DNA of 64,000 nucleotides from the human T2T-CHM13v2.0 reference genome, Homo sapiens: assembly GCF_009914755.1 (NCBI RefSeq), contig NC_060927.1, one strand, 5' to 3'. The notes below the pieces were generated by a model. It was not told the origin of the DNA and did not search any database. It was given only the letters and a program-made list of their open reading frames with translations. Positions 33,892 through 61,738 of the stretch are shown piece after piece. How positions within the stretch are numbered: position 1 is the first letter of the stretch; the number at the start of each line of letters is the position of its first letter. A program made the position numbers and the translations under genes.

Positions 33892-34611
33892 TGTATAACC
33901 ACCCGACAGGTTCACCTTGCCCACTGCCTAGACAGAGCCAATTTATCAAGACAGGGGGACTGCAATAGAGAATGAGTAATTCACACAGAGCCAGCTGTGT
34001 AGGAGACCAGAGTTTTATTATTACTCAAATCAGTCTCCCAGAGCATTTGGGAATCAGAGTTTTTAAGAATAATTTGGTGGGTGGGTGGAGGCCAGTGAGT
34101 TGGGAGTGCTGATTGGTTGGGTCGGAAATGAACTCATAGGAATTTGAAGCTATCTTCTTGTGCTGAGTCAGTTCCTGGGTGGGGGCCACAAGATCAGATG
34201 AGCCAGTTTATGGAGCTGGGTGGTACCAGCTGATCCATCAAGTGCAGGGTCTCTAAAATATCTCAAGCACTGATCTTAGGTTTTACAATAGTGATGTTAT
34301 CCCCAGGAGCAATTTGGTGATGGTCAGAATCTTGTAGTCTCCAGCTGCATGACTCCTAAACCTTAATTTCTAATCTTGTGGCTAATTTGTTAGTCCTACA
34401 AAGGCAGTCTAGTCACAGGCAAGAAGGAGATTTGTTTTGGGAAAGAGCTGTTATCATCTTTGTTTTAAACTATGAAGTAAGTTCCTCCCAAAGTTAGTTC
34501 TGCCTATGCCCATGAATAAGCAATGACAGCTTGGAGGCTAGAAGCAAGATGGAATTGGTTAAGTCAGATCTCTTTCACTGTCTCAGTTATAATTTTGCAA
34601 TGGCAGTTTCA
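33892..34611 (-). mobile_element. LTR8 solo LTR (an ERV1 LTR fragment at about 33769-33891 precedes it)
   Basis: Reverse strand begins TGAAACTGCCATTGCAAAATTATAACTGAGACAGTGAAAGAGATCTGAC. Confidence 0.8.
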
Positions 34612-34837
34612 TTAGGCCACGTTAACTAACTTCTCTACACCTCAGTTTCTCACTCTGTAAAATGAAGATGGTAAGTTATACGAAGTTCAAAGTGAGTTTA
34701 TACTGGTAGACATCAGAATAGTGATTGCCTTGGGAGTTTAGGAAGGGTCATGAAGGAAACTTCTGGAGTGGTGGAAATGTTCTGTTTTGATCTCAGTGTT
34801 TATATGGGTATATACATACATTTTAAAAAAGTCATTG

Positions 34838-35430
<593 letters not shown>

Positions 35431-36379
35431 TCATCAAGCAGTTAAGATTAGATTAAAATGCAGTAATCTAATCTTAATTAGATTAGATACTTAGATACCT
35501 TTATTTAAAATTTTTTAAAAGTGGAGATAATAGTACCTACTTCCCAGCATCATTGTGACGATTAAATGTGCTCAGCAGGTTGCATAATTGTTTCTGATCT
35601 AGCTAGTATCCAGTATTTGTCTATTGTCACAGGTGGTGACTGCTGGAGGGGCTGAGTCCCCAATAAGCTGTGAATGTCTTGGAGGACAAGTATGTTGGCC
35701 CCTTCTTGTTCTAGCAGTGAAGAGGATCCCATGTAGACTCCAAGCAGCTCAAGTTCAGCAAGGGAGACAGACCATTGCAAGTGCATGAAAAGGGCACTGG
35801 TGGGCTGGGAAGTTCGTAGGAGGAGCCTCTCACATGCTGGGTTTGGGGAGGAATTCTGGAAAGCAGTTAGTCTTAGGGACGGGAAGGATGTAGCTGGTGG
35901 GACGGGCGCCCTCAGCTCCATGAATAAAAGGAGTGGGTCTGACTCTGGTTCTCATTCCCCTTTACCATGCCTGGCACACATTAGACCATCAATACCAATT
36001 GACTCCAGGAAGGAGTGTCTCCCCGTGGGGGCATCAGGAGCCGCTGAGTTTAAATACACAGGTGGGATGTGACACACTGGGAACCATTCAGATTTGCTGG
36101 ATCTGGATAGGGCTTGTCAGGACTCAGTGCTTCCAACCCCAGGGCCCATTTCCCTGTGGCCCCTGAGTCACCACCATGGGTGGACAGCTGCTCCAGTGCC
36201 AAGATACAGCCACAGAGGACTGCAGGCCCAGGGCCTCCAGAAGGACAGGCAGGCTCCCTCTGAAAGACAAGCCTGCTTATAGCTGAAACCTCTGGCCCAG
36301 GCGTCCTCTAAGGGAAGCCAGGCTGTGTCAGGGCACGGCCCATGAAGACATAAGATGAAGATGGGGAGAACCAGAGGGG

Positions 36380-37080
<701 letters not shown>

Positions 37081-37145
37081 GCACATGCACAACCAGTGAC
37101 CTGGAAGCAGATTATAGCCCAAAACCTTTTTTTAAAAATTGAAAT

Positions 37146-37446
37146 GGCCCAGGCCTGGTGGCTCTTGCCGGTAATCCCAGCACTTTGGGAGGCCGAGGCG
37201 AGTGGATCGCTTGAGCCCAGGAGTTCGAGACCAGCCTGGGCAATATGGAGAAACCCCGGTCTCTACCAGAAAATACAAAAATTAGCCGGGCATGGTGGAG
37301 CACACCTGTAGTCCCAGTTTTTCTGGAGGCTGAAGCGGATCGCTTGAGCCCAGGAGGTGGAGATTGCAGTGAGCTAAGATGGCGTCACCGCTCTCCAGCC
37401 TGGGCGACAGAACGGGACCCTGTCTCAAAAAAAAAAAAAGAAAAAA
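37146..37446 (+). mobile_element. AluJ-like element in XYLB intron 1
   Basis: Full Alu with J-type features (ttgagcccagg in both arms, gaccctgtctc). Confidence 0.88.
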
Positions 37447-38288
37447 GTGAAATGCATAGTGTACAAGTGGACTTTACCCTGTGACCGCCCTTCGTTGACA
37501 CCAGCTTGCCTGGTCTGTGCACCCAGGACTGCTGGCCAGAGGAGCAGTGTGCTGCTGCCAACGCCCCGCAGACAGGCAAGCAAATCAAAATTTGCCTTCA
37601 AAGAGGGCATGGGGTGACCGGGGGCACCTTTTCCTTTAAAGTACTTGGGAAATATACACAGTTGCAGTCAAACCCCTCTTCTCGAATGGGTCAAGGGAGG
37701 CAGGCCTCTGGCCAGTCCTTGGGGGAACGTCCTGTGGGACTCTGGATGACTCGAGTTGCCTTGCTGGACCTCAGTTTTCCCATCTGTCCAAGAAAGGAGT
37801 TATACTCCCAAGCTTGGAGATTGCTTCAGTGGGACATTAATGTCTCTGGACCACAATCATGGCCTGTGAGAATAGCCCATGGCCTTGCCTGGTCTCAGGC
37901 CTCTGCAGACATGGATCCCCAGAGATGCCTCCAAACCTTGCTTCCCATTCCTTCCTCTCTGGCACTTTCTCCCGCCTCCTTGTCAGGTGCACGAACCAAC
38001 TCATCTGTGAACATCTTCCTCTAGAGGGTCTTGGCTTTGGCTATTTGGGGAACAAAGATTCCTTGAGACATGTGGGTGTTCCTACTTAGCCTCAGTTTCT
38101 TCATTTTACTAAATCTTTGAGTGTTACCCCAGATGAGTCCTCTGTTACCACGATTACGGTGAGGCAGCCCTGCCTTCAAGGAGGTCTCTAGGTTGAACTG
38201 CTCCTAGGGTGTGGGGCCTCATCTGGTGACGTTAGTACCCCCTGGACCAGTGTAGAAGCTGAGGAAAATTCTACACTTCATTTTTTAA

Positions 38289-38588
<300 letters not shown>

Positions 38589-39409
38589 TAAGCATCAGTT
38601 GAGACCTACTTTGTGCCAGGTGCTAGGACCTGATGGCGAAACAAAAAGAGAAAGCTCTCCCAGAGCTTCCCACTGAGTAGTGGAGACTGGTATCAAACAA
38701 AGAATCTCACAAAAGAGTGTTTCATTATAAACTCTGAGAAGGCCTCTGAAGGAAAGGAACTCACTTCTCCAAGTGCTTATTATAAAGGAATGTGACTCAG
38801 ACTTGGGAGGGGAAGTCCCAGAGCGTCTCTAGGGAAGTGGTGCTTAAGCTAGAGATCAGAGTGAGTGAAGTTAGCCAAGCGATGGAAGGGAAGTTGGCCA
38901 GGTGATGGAAGAGCATTCCAGGCAGAAGGAACAACATGTGCGAGGGCCCTGTGGCAAGAAAGAGCATGGTTCATTCCTTCATGCAATTGAAGAAAGCCAA
39001 TGATGCTGGGGAGCAGAGAGAGGCGGAGGCTGGTCAGAGCTCCATAGGCCATGGTATAGAGTTTGTCTTTATTCTAAAAGCTATGGTCAGCCACTAAGGG
39101 CCATAAGGGGTAGGGGTATGGGTGAGGTATGAATGACAGGTTGCATTTTTGTTTTGAAAATATCTCTCTGGGGGCATTGGGAGAACAGATTCGGAGCATT
39201 GCTGGAATGGACGTGGGGAACTATTAAAGAGGTTTTTGCTGGTCATTCAGGTATGAAATGATGGATAGGAGAGAGCTGAGTAGTAAAATGGACAGGTCCT
39301 GTTACAAAATTGAATGTGAGATGTAAGGGTGGGATTTCTGGCTGTCCTTCAGAGTGGATGTTGGACTGTGGGAAAGAATGAGTTTTGGAGAGAAAGATCA
39401 TGAGTTCAG

Positions 39410-39810
39410 CTTGGGCTGCCATAACAAGGTACCATAGACTGGGTGGGTTAAAGAGCGGAAATTTATATTCTCACACATCTGGCCGTTAGGAGTCTAAAAT
39501 CAAAGTGCTGGGAAGATTGGTCTCCTCTGGGACCTCTCTCCTTGGCTTGCAGGTGACCACTCTCTTGCTGTGTCTTCACATGGTGGTCACTCGGTGCAGG
39601 AGTGCTTGGTGTCTGTGTCATCTGTATCCTAATCTTCTTATAAGGACATGAGTCATACTGGATTAAGGCCCATTCTAATGACTTCATTTTAACTTAATTG
39701 CCTTTTTAAAGGCCCTGTCTCCAAATAATCACAATCCAAGGACCTCGGGGTTAGGATTTCAGCATATGAGTTTTAGGGGCAGAGGGGGCACAATTCAGTC
39801 CGTAACACTG
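39410..39810 (-). mobile_element. MLT1A/B-type MaLR LTR
   Basis: gggctgccataacaaggtaccatagactgggtgg...cacaattcagtccgtaaca. Confidence 0.8.
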
Positions 39811-40049
39811 TGGACTTGCTGGTTTTGAGGCACCCTCGTGAGGGCCTGGTAAAAGTGTCCTTCCCTGTCTGTTTTAGACACACTTCCTCTTTGAAGCCTT
39901 CCCAGCTGACCCTTTGTGCACCTCTCATTACCCATCACATTGTGTTGCCAACTCTTTGCCCCCAGCTAATGCGGCCCCATGGAGCCGAGGTTAGAAGCCA
40001 TCTTGCTTTCTCACATTTTTTATTATTGCAGGCCTTGCATGTTTGCCTT

Positions 40050-47940
<7,891 letters not shown>

Positions 47941-47965
47941 AAATATTTGCTATTTAAAGGTTTGG

Positions 47966-48687
<722 letters not shown>

Positions 48688-49003
48688 TGAAATGCCAGTT
48701 TTAAGTTGTTAAATACATGGCAGAATGTCTGGTTACAGTTTTTATCTGTTTTGTGAAGGCAACATTTTTTGGTGAGCTTTTATTGTCTGTAGTAAAATTT
48801 TGTTGCTCTCTTCCTCTTTTTCCCTAGTAGTATCTTTTTAAAAAATCCATATTATTGAGTATAATTTATGTACAAAAAATGCCATCCATTAAAAATGTAT
48901 AATTAAAGGTACTTTGCCAGATATAGACCTATAGCTGTGAAACTACCACCACAATCAAGATACAGAATGTTTATATCACCCTCCAAAAGATCGCTTTTTT
49001 CCC

Positions 49004-49512
49004 TGCTTACCGAGACAAGCTCGGTTGTGGAGACTCCAACGCACCAGCACTAGAGGAATGAAGACAAAGACCCAGAAATAAAGTGCAGTGTGGGAATCGG
49101 CTAAAAGCCTTTAGAGCTGAGAGCCACAAACAGAGTTTTGCCCACATATTTATTGACAGTAAGCCTGTGATAAACATTGTTTCTAAAGATTATAGATTAG
49201 CTGAAAGCATTCCTTATGGGAAACAAAGCATTCTTTTCAAGAAGCAGAGAAACAGGCTGTGGCTGATTATCTGCAGCAGGAACATGTCCGTAAGGCACAG
49301 ATCGCTTATGCCATTGTTTTTGGTTTTGGAATGCCTTGAGTGGTTTTCCGCCCTGGATGGGCCAGGTGTTCCTTGCCCTCATTCCGGTAAACCAGCAACC
49401 TCCAGTGTGAGTGTCATAGCCATCGGGAACATGTCACATTGCTGCAGAAATCCTGTTTATGGCCAGTTTCTTTAAGGCCTGTTTGTGACAGGCTTAGGGC
49501 CTGTTCCCAGCA
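49004..49512 (-). mobile_element. MER9-type (HERV-K HML-3) solo LTR
   Basis: Reverse strand begins TGCTGGGAACAGGCCC...AAACTGGCCATAAACAGGATTTCTGCAGCAATGTGACATG; about 510 bp, TG...CA ends. Confidence 0.8.
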
Positions 49513-50153
49513 CCCACTAGACTTAGACAACCACTGATCTCCTTTTCTCAGTATAGATGAATTTGCGTCTTCTAGTCTGTTCCTATATAAGTTATAATTG
49601 TGTACATATGAATAGTTCATATTTTTTCTTGCTCTGTAGTATGATATCACAAATATACACCACGATTTATCTGTTCACTTGTTTAGGGACACTGGGTTGA
49701 CTCCAGTTAATTATTACAAATAAGTCTGCTATGAATATTTGTGTACAAATCTTTCTATGGGCTTAGACTTTCATTTCTCTTGGCTGGATACTTAGGAATT
49801 GAATGGCTAGATCACATGGTTATCTAATAGCATCTTGGTGTGGATTCTGAGACTGGTTTTCTCTTTCCTAACACATAGTTAAAAGGGTTGGATTTTATCA
49901 GATCAGCTCTTTGCACTAGAGTCTTCTAGGGGTGAGGTGGGTGGGGAGAGGGTTCCAGTCAAACTTCCAAAGCCTGTAGTCCAAGGACTTGTTGGTCTGT
50001 TGTGATAGTAGAGACACTCTTCCCTCCGACGCAGCATCTCTGTGTGGCTGCCCCTCCTCTACCTCTCCAAACCTATGGGGCTTGAGAGGGATTTTATAAT
50101 CCAACACTGCACTCCCCTAGGGTGAGCCTTTCTTATCTAGAAGGCTTCTTTAG

Positions 50154-50558
<405 letters not shown>

Positions 50559-50705
50559 TGACACCAGGTCCTCATGGGAAAGTGGAGTTGGCATGACTCC
50601 TGGGATCAGGCTCAGCCTCAGCTGGTGTCAACACTCCCAGGCTCAGAGGACTTACAAAAAACTTCCAGGTACTGGAGCTACAGCAGATGGCAAGTCCTGC
50701 CATTA

Positions 50706-51116
<411 letters not shown>

Positions 51117-52289
51117 TTAGGGTCTTAGTGCTCAGCCTCTAAGATCCCTTAGCTCCCTAATCACCTAGAATGGCAAGTTATGGCCTGGCCAGTCAGACTC
51201 ATATCAATGCCAAGCCAGGCCTGCCTGCTGAGGATCAACAGGAAAGGAGAATGCCTGTAGCAGGATCTGGTGACCTAGGGGGCCACAGGAGCAGGGATGT
51301 GGACAGCATAGACAGGCGTGGTAGCTCCAGGGGCTACCTCATCATATGCTGCAGGGTCCCCGAGTCCCTGAAACTGGAGGCCAGCTAAGTGTGTGTCTTC
51401 CAAAAGCTTTTTTCAGTCCTCCAATACCTATCTAACCAATTCCCTATATTACATTCTTTTTGTTAAAAATAACTGGTATGATTTCTTTTTTATTGGTGTA
51501 ACCCTGATTCATACACTGGAGAATTGGGGTAAAGGATGGATTTTATCCAGATAAACTGGCTAGAATGTACTTCAGAGGGGGCTGAGCCAGACCAAGGGGC
51601 AGAGTGGGAGGGTCGGGGGTTAGAGACAATGGTCAGTGTCAGGAGGTCCCAGTGATGATGTCGAGGGCATCTCATAGGCCAAGGCCTTCACCTGGGGAGG
51701 TGAGCAGTGGGTGAGAACCAGGCTTGGGGGCCGGGCCAAGGTGATTTCTGATCTGATGCAGCCTCCAGGACCAAACTTGATCCTAGCTCTGCCAGCCCCT
51801 GCTCCGGCTGCACCCCACTGCCTGCCCAAGGTTTGATGGACACAGATAGAGATGGCAGCCACAGCCAGGGCTGAAAGAAGCCCTCCCAGCAAAGGCTGGG
51901 GGTGGTGGAGTCAGGCAAAAGTGAGAGAGTCTTCTCTGCCCTCAGGAAAACACAGGTCAGAGTGAATCTCTAATTCCTGCCATGAAATCTTAGGAGGGTG
52001 GTGCCAAGCTCTGCTGGGCACCACCATCCATCCCACTCACTGGGTTTTGCTAGAAAGGAGGGTCCAACCAGACAGTGGAGGCTGGAATAGGGGCCTGGAA
52101 CAGGTGGCCATCATCTCTATCCACTCCCTCCAGCCTCTGGCTCCTGGACACAGGGAGTCTGGGCCTGATGCTTTGCTCTCATGGGAGCTCTCTCCTTTGC
52201 TCTTCACTTCCCTGTGGCAGTGAAGTCAGATCACTAATATAGAGGGTTGAAAATGCAAATAAAAGAAGGCAAAAGTTGGCTGCCTTACT

Positions 52290-52816
<527 letters not shown>

Positions 52817-52981
52817 TTAATTAATGTACTCTAGTGCTTACAAATCCCAAGTCATGAGTTTCTTCATCATCTGCCCAGAGTACTCTGCTGTAATGGCAGG
52901 CACTTGCGTTTCAATTCTGAGGCTTGCGTGTCTGATTCAGTGGTTCTGTACAGTCATGGTGGGTTCTGTTTTTCTTCTTAG

Positions 52982-53092
<111 letters not shown>

Positions 53093-55215
53093 TGAGGGTG
53101 ACTGTCCTGGGCAATGGTGTGGGTGTTGAAGAGATGGCAACCCTTGGATGGGGAGCGGCTCATTCTTGACAGCCACTGCACAAATTTCACTGTGAATAAA
53201 AATCCCTACAACTATTTTACTTTGGAGACTGTATAACTTGTCTCGTTGCAAAAGGATCTGAGACAGTTCTTAGGAGTAAGTATTATATAAAATAGGACGC
53301 TTGGTGAGAGAACTGAGTTCCTCTGAAGGGGATGGAGGAAGCAATTGACATGAATTTATTATGACTGCTTGGGGGCACCACAATTGCTTTTCTATTTCCT
53401 GAAAGTAAAAGCAAAGTCAAAAATGATCCTAATAATGATAGTAGTTTCAGTAGAAGGAAGAGTATTAATAATGATATCAGAGGACATTGACTTAGTGCAT
53501 GCGCTTAGTGCATGCCAGATACAACTCTGAGGCCTTTCCAGATGTCATCCAACTTAATCCTTATGATTCTACAGGGTGGTGCTGTGGAGTGCTTGGTACA
53601 CACTCAGGGCATACTGTCTGGGTTTGATCCCTGGCTCTGCCATTTACAGGCAGTGACCTGGGATACGTCATCTGGCTTTCTGGTGCCCCCGTATTCTCAT
53701 CTGTCATAGGGTCATTGTGAGTGTAAGTACATAGCACAGTGCCTCCTATTAATACGCAGTAAACATTATTAAAGCTTGGGCTTCTGTTATTATCGTTGAT
53801 ATTTACATGAGGCACGGAGAGGTGATGTCACTTACCCAAGATCACACAGTGCTGGGAGTGGGAGTCAGGACCTGAGTCTATCTCATCCAGTCCCTTGGCT
53901 GTGCTGGGATCACTTTTCTCCATGCTGGATTACTATATTTTCAAATCCTCACTAGGATGTAACTAATTTTTCTGAAGATGCTTCTTCCTCCATGACCTAA
54001 CAGGAATTTATTGTTTTGGTTCTTGTTAAACACAACAGAGATTCCCTGGGTGATCTTGTCCACTTCTCTCTCCCGAATCCCAGGCCTGGACACCCATCTC
54101 CCTCCTAGCTAATCCCCGACCCCCATGGCTGGATATCCCACAGATGCCTCAGGCTTAGCATGTCCCAGACTGAGTTCTGTCTCCCTTCAGACCTCCTCCT
54201 TTCTGGGTTCTCTTTCTCAGGGAATTCTCCCCATCCACCCAGGGCACAACTCAAGTGTCATCCCTGCCTCCTCCACCTTCCCACCCCACATCCAAGGGTC
54301 CTCACGTCCCACTGATTTGTCTGTGACTCTTGACTCTACCATCTTTTCTCCAGCGCTATCTGCTTGTCATTCTTCTCCAGGTCTCTACCGCAGCCTCCTT
54401 GCCTCCAGCCTACCTTCCCCGTGACTCCCACAAGCCTTTAATACATTCAGCTCTGTGCACGCTGCTCCCCCTGGTAATCCAGGGTTCCTACCACCTCCAA
54501 GATAAACCCCAGCCTCCTGAGCATGGTTTCAGGCTCAGTGCTCAGGCTGTCCCCTCTCTCTTCAGCCCATCACCCACCCCCGACCCAGCCTCAGGCCCAC
54601 TGCTTAGAATGCCACTCATCCCGGGACTTGCCTGGCGCCCCTCACCTGCAGATTCTCTGCATGCAACACACACTAGGACCATTTCCTGATACTCATGACC
54701 ACTTCCTCTCATCTGTACCCGAGTTGGTTAGGTGCCTCTGTTCCCACGACCCTGTCACTGCAGCTCCATAGTTGTACATTTGTGTCCTTTTCCCTGACTC
54801 AACTCCAGTAGCCTGAAGAATAGGGACGAAAGTATCCTATTCATCTGTCGCAAGCCTGGCATGATCTATGTGCTTAATAAATGTTCATTGAATGAATGAA
54901 TGAATGAATGAATGGGGTGAGTGAATAAATAAATGAATTTCAGGTAATATTACAAGCAATGTCTTTAAATGCAGTTTTACAAAAGGCATCAAAATCCAGA
55001 CCAATAATTAGTTCTTGGACCTTTTCTGTAAGTTGTAGGGTAGACAGGGCAGAGTTCCTCCCCATTTTCTTGAAGTGGAAACCAAGTCCCAGGAGGGTGA
55101 TGAGCTCTGTGACTAAGAAGTGGCAGGGGCAGGTGTGGAGCCCAGTTCTTTGGCATGTGGTCTGGGGTCTTTCTGTGTCTTCAGGAGGCTGTGACACCGG
55201 TGTGTGGTCATGTGA

Positions 55216-55389
<174 letters not shown>

Positions 55390-55492
55390 TGAAGCCTGCT
55401 CATCTCAGTGTTGCAGCTGTGCTCACGCGCCCTCACCAGAAGAGCTTTCAACCTCAGGCTTTTGGGGAGAGACCCCACTGGGCCAGTTCTAA

Positions 55493-55783
<291 letters not shown>

Positions 55784-56827
55784 TGAGGATGCGGGGGGTG
55801 CAGGGGGTGGTCTGGTTGCAAGCTCCGGAGGCATAGTGGGTGACCTGCCTCTGGGGGGATCACATGAGGTCATGGAGGTGTTGTGGAGCCAGCAACAGGC
55901 ACTCTGGCCCCTGGGTCCTGATCCAGGCCACCTGCTGCCCTGTGTGTTCCCAGGCCAGGCTGGGTGTGCACATGGCTGTGCTCCTGACATGGAGGTGCTG
56001 TGCATGGGGGTGAGGGTACCCCCTCAATGAGAAGGCACCTCCTGTCATTATTTGTAACCCGGGGATTACAACAGGACTTACGTTTTGGGTAGGTTTGAAG
56101 CTGAAAGAAGTCAGTGCATGTAAGGCACTTAGTGTAGTGCCTGGCAATATTAAAAAAAAAAAAAAAAGGAAAAAAAATAATAGTGTCTCTGTTCCACAGG
56201 TTCAACCTTGTCCCCAGGGGTGATTGTGATTAGGCCAGCTTGGGTTACATGACCTCGCTGGAGTAGAAGTTTTGGGGATAGGGCCAACTCTACTTGGGCC
56301 ACCTGAAATAACAATATGTGGATGGGGAAAATACCCCGATCCCTCACCTGGTGCCTTGGTCAGAACAGTCACCGTGCTGTGTGAAGAGCAAGGGTTATTC
56401 ACTCAGGGTTGTCCAGTCCTGATGTGGGAGAGGCCCTCCAGGAAGGCCCAGAAGTTACTCACTTCTCTATCCTGTGGGTGCAGAGCCATTGTTTACTGCC
56501 TGAGTATTTGATTACTAAGGACATTTTAAGGATTCAAAGGCCAAGATCACATTGTTCAGTAGATATCAAACAGATTTAATGCTTATTTTTAAAATATTTA
56601 ATTATTAGAAACGAGGTCTCACTGTGTTGCCCAGGCTGGACTCCTGGGCTCCAGAGCTCCTCTCGCTTCAGCCTCCTGAGTAGCTGGGATTACAAGCGCA
56701 CACTACTGTGCCTGGTTGGGGCTTACTTTTAAAAGCTTTTATGGTACCTACTCCTATCCAGAGCATGCTACATTAAACTCACTTTGTGGAGGTAATTATT
56801 CATTCTGTGTAGGATTTGGGTTCCTAA

Positions 56828-56920
<93 letters not shown>

Positions 56921-58195
56921 TAAATGTTCCTGTTTGATTGAAAGTCACAGTTGAATTCTTTTCATAATATGTTAGAATAGATACATCTTACGTGCAGTGA
57001 CTGAAAACGTTGATAAGCAGACATTAACAAATGATATATTTGATTTGCTTTTTTCTCATTGTCAGGACATTTCCAAAGAGGAGGGAAAGAATGGAATGTG
57101 GGAAAGAGATGTCAGGGGTTCTCCTGACCAGAAGGGTGAGGGTGAGGGTCCAGGTGGGAGCACTGGGGACTGACGTGTTCCTGAGGCCACCTGAATGGAA
57201 GATCTGAGTGTCTGAGCAGGCTGTGTCTGCTCACTTTCCTATGTGGTTAACGCAGGAGGGCTACCAGGCACATGATTGGCATAGAGTCAGTATTTTCTTT
57301 GGAAATGTATAGGACTGGGCATTTGTGTCCCCAGCTGTGGCCCTTCAGCCAGAGCCTCTGTCACAGGAACCCAGGTTCATTCCTGGCTCCACAGTTGCTG
57401 AAGCCAGCACTTGTTGCTGCCTGAGAAACAGCCCCACGCCCTGGCTAGTGATTTTCATCTTGTGATAAGGAAACGATCAGCTCACATTAAACCAAAGCAC
57501 CTTTTTAATCTTAGAAATTAACATGTGGTTTATTATTTAATGATTTGAGGTTCCAGATTATTCTGCAGCATTAGCCATTAATGTAGGCTTTGGGTAGAGG
57601 GGTGAAAACCCTCCCTAAATTCTGTGTGTGGAACGAAGTTTGCCTGACAGAGGACAGGAGGTGATAACATTCTCTCCACAGTTCCAAAGGCCCATGATTC
57701 TCATGTGGAAGTACAGACCCTTAGGGTGGCATTGAAAATCCATCATCTATTTCTCTGGCTAGTGCTCAGGGTCTGTGGCTTCTGAGGAGCCAGCTTTCCT
57801 GACGCCCTGAGAGTGTCCTGGTTGGTTCTGAGGCCACACATCCACTTCCCTTGTAACCAGAAGGAAATGCCAAGGAGATAGAGGAAGGAAATCAGGGCAC
57901 ACATTCCCCAGCATGTGGATTCCGGATGGAAATGCAGCTTCCCTAAGCCCTTTCTCATAGGGCTTTTGGTTTTTGTCTCTTTTGAACTTGGCAGTTTTAT
58001 GGCCCATCAGAAACTGTAGAGAATGAATGCTCTCCCGAGGAGTCTGCTCATGGTATTCCAGCTGCTCCTATCTGAGATGCACAGTCTCCACCATTACTTG
58101 GGCCTTTTGTTCAAAGTTTCCACTTCCCTCTCCAATTTTTTTTCATGCTGTGTGTGTGTCAGAAGCATTCAGTAGCGTAGGGTATGTGGAAGTGA

Positions 58196-58900
<705 letters not shown>

Positions 58901-59947
58901 CATGGAGCCTGGCTCCTGCAAGGAGCTATTAAAGTTTTTGTTTCACATTTGGTGAACTCATGAGATTTGTGAGCTTCTAGAATCAAAACCCCGAAAAAAA
59001 TAAATTGCAGTTGATGCCAGTGAGGAGGGAAAGCTGGGAGGAGGTTGCTGCAGGAACCCTTGGATGAGCCTAAGTGTGAGAAGAGTGTGGACAGAACGGG
59101 GGTAGAGAATGCAGGGCAGGAGCCCAGAGCCATGGATATGGCTTCAGAATGGAGCCTGGGATGCTCTGAGCCTCGTGGGAGTTCATGGGAAGTTTTCGAG
59201 GGCTGTTGTATGCCAGGCTTTATTCTGGTTTCAGGAGAGAGAGTGACTAAGGAGTGCTGTTAAGCTTCCCTCACAATCTGGAGGAGGCAACAGGGTTCCC
59301 TACAGCTAGTTCTGTAGAACTCAGACAGGCAGAACAGTCAACTTGGAGTAGCCTGCATGTCCACCCGTTCTGCACACCTGCCACAGAGCTGATAACCGCA
59401 GCAGCTGTTCCGGGGGGCATTCCAGAGGTTTATGTTCCTTAGCCACAGCTGGGCCCTCCACTCTGCCCCCCTTCACTCACCTGAGATGTCACCTCCTCAT
59501 TTCACCTGGGCAGGTGACACCATCAGCATCCCAGCCCACCTCTGTCTGCCTCCACCTTGGCCCAGTGGAGGAGGAGTTCTCTCCACCCATGCTCTGGGTT
59601 CCCTGTCCTTTCCCATCCTCAGGGAAGCCTTGGGAGAAGGAGGATGTTTTAGGAAAGAGCTAGTAGGTTGATCTCAGTGACCAGAAGGAAGTTTAGAGGA
59701 CTCTGAGACCTTTCCTTGAAAAGTTAGATGAGATTGAGAAATCCCTGGGGGCTGACCTGGAAACCTAAGGGACATGGAGAGTGGTTCCTGGTCAGTGTGT
59801 TGCTGCTAGTTCCAGGCCCCCTGGGAGGTCTTTGAGCAGCAGATTTCCAAGCTAACTGTAGTGTTTGAGTTGATGAGGAATATTTGGAGGAGGTGTGGTG
59901 CCGTGTGTTTCCAAGGGCCCCTCTTATCTCTGGTTCTCTGGTTCTAG

Positions 59948-60379
<432 letters not shown>

Positions 60380-61164
60380 TAGCCTAAGATGTAAGTCAGT
60401 GTCTGGATCAGTGCCTTGCACACAGTAGGTGCTCAGGTACATGCCTTATGGTCAGCGGGACTTTGGAAAATTCCACTAGAAATTTATTAGAATAGGGATA
60501 AAAATGGCAGGTGATTGCATAGCTAAAGAAAAAGTGCACAGAGTGCTGAAATTCTAGGGACTACTGATGAAGCTTGAAGGAGGCAGCCTTGGGGAAAATA
60601 GAAATACCAGCGGGGCTGGCACAGCACAGGCCCTGGCACTGGACAGCATGGGACTGAATTCTGGTTCTATCAGCTTTGTGACTTTGTGTCTCGGTTTCCT
60701 CATCTGGAACAAGGGGAATGATGCTATTCATCTTACAGGGCTGTTGTGCAAATTAGATGAGTTAATACTTTTAAAGCACTTAAAAAATAGTGCCTGGTCC
60801 CACAGGTAATGGGAAAAACATTTACCCATCACAGCGGCCCCACCCATTTGCAGTGGACACTGGCTGTGAATGCCCTGGGGTGTTCTACTTGGCCAGCCCT
60901 GTTCTCCATTGTCCTGTGGGGACAGTGGAGTAGAGAGAGAGAGAAAAAGATCTGGGTGCTGCCCCTGGGGCCCTTTGGTGGGAAATGCTTACCACAGAGC
61001 CAGAACAACCAGAAGGAACTCTGGGTGGGACAGAGTGCTGGTGTGAAGAAGGGACAAGGGCACCCTGAGGCCTGGAGGGAGTCGTGTAACTGGGAATCTT
61101 GGGCCATGTGGAGGAGGGGCTGCTGTGAGGACTTCGCGTTGGGAGTCTCAGCCACAGAAGCACT

Positions 61165-61738
<574 letters not shown>

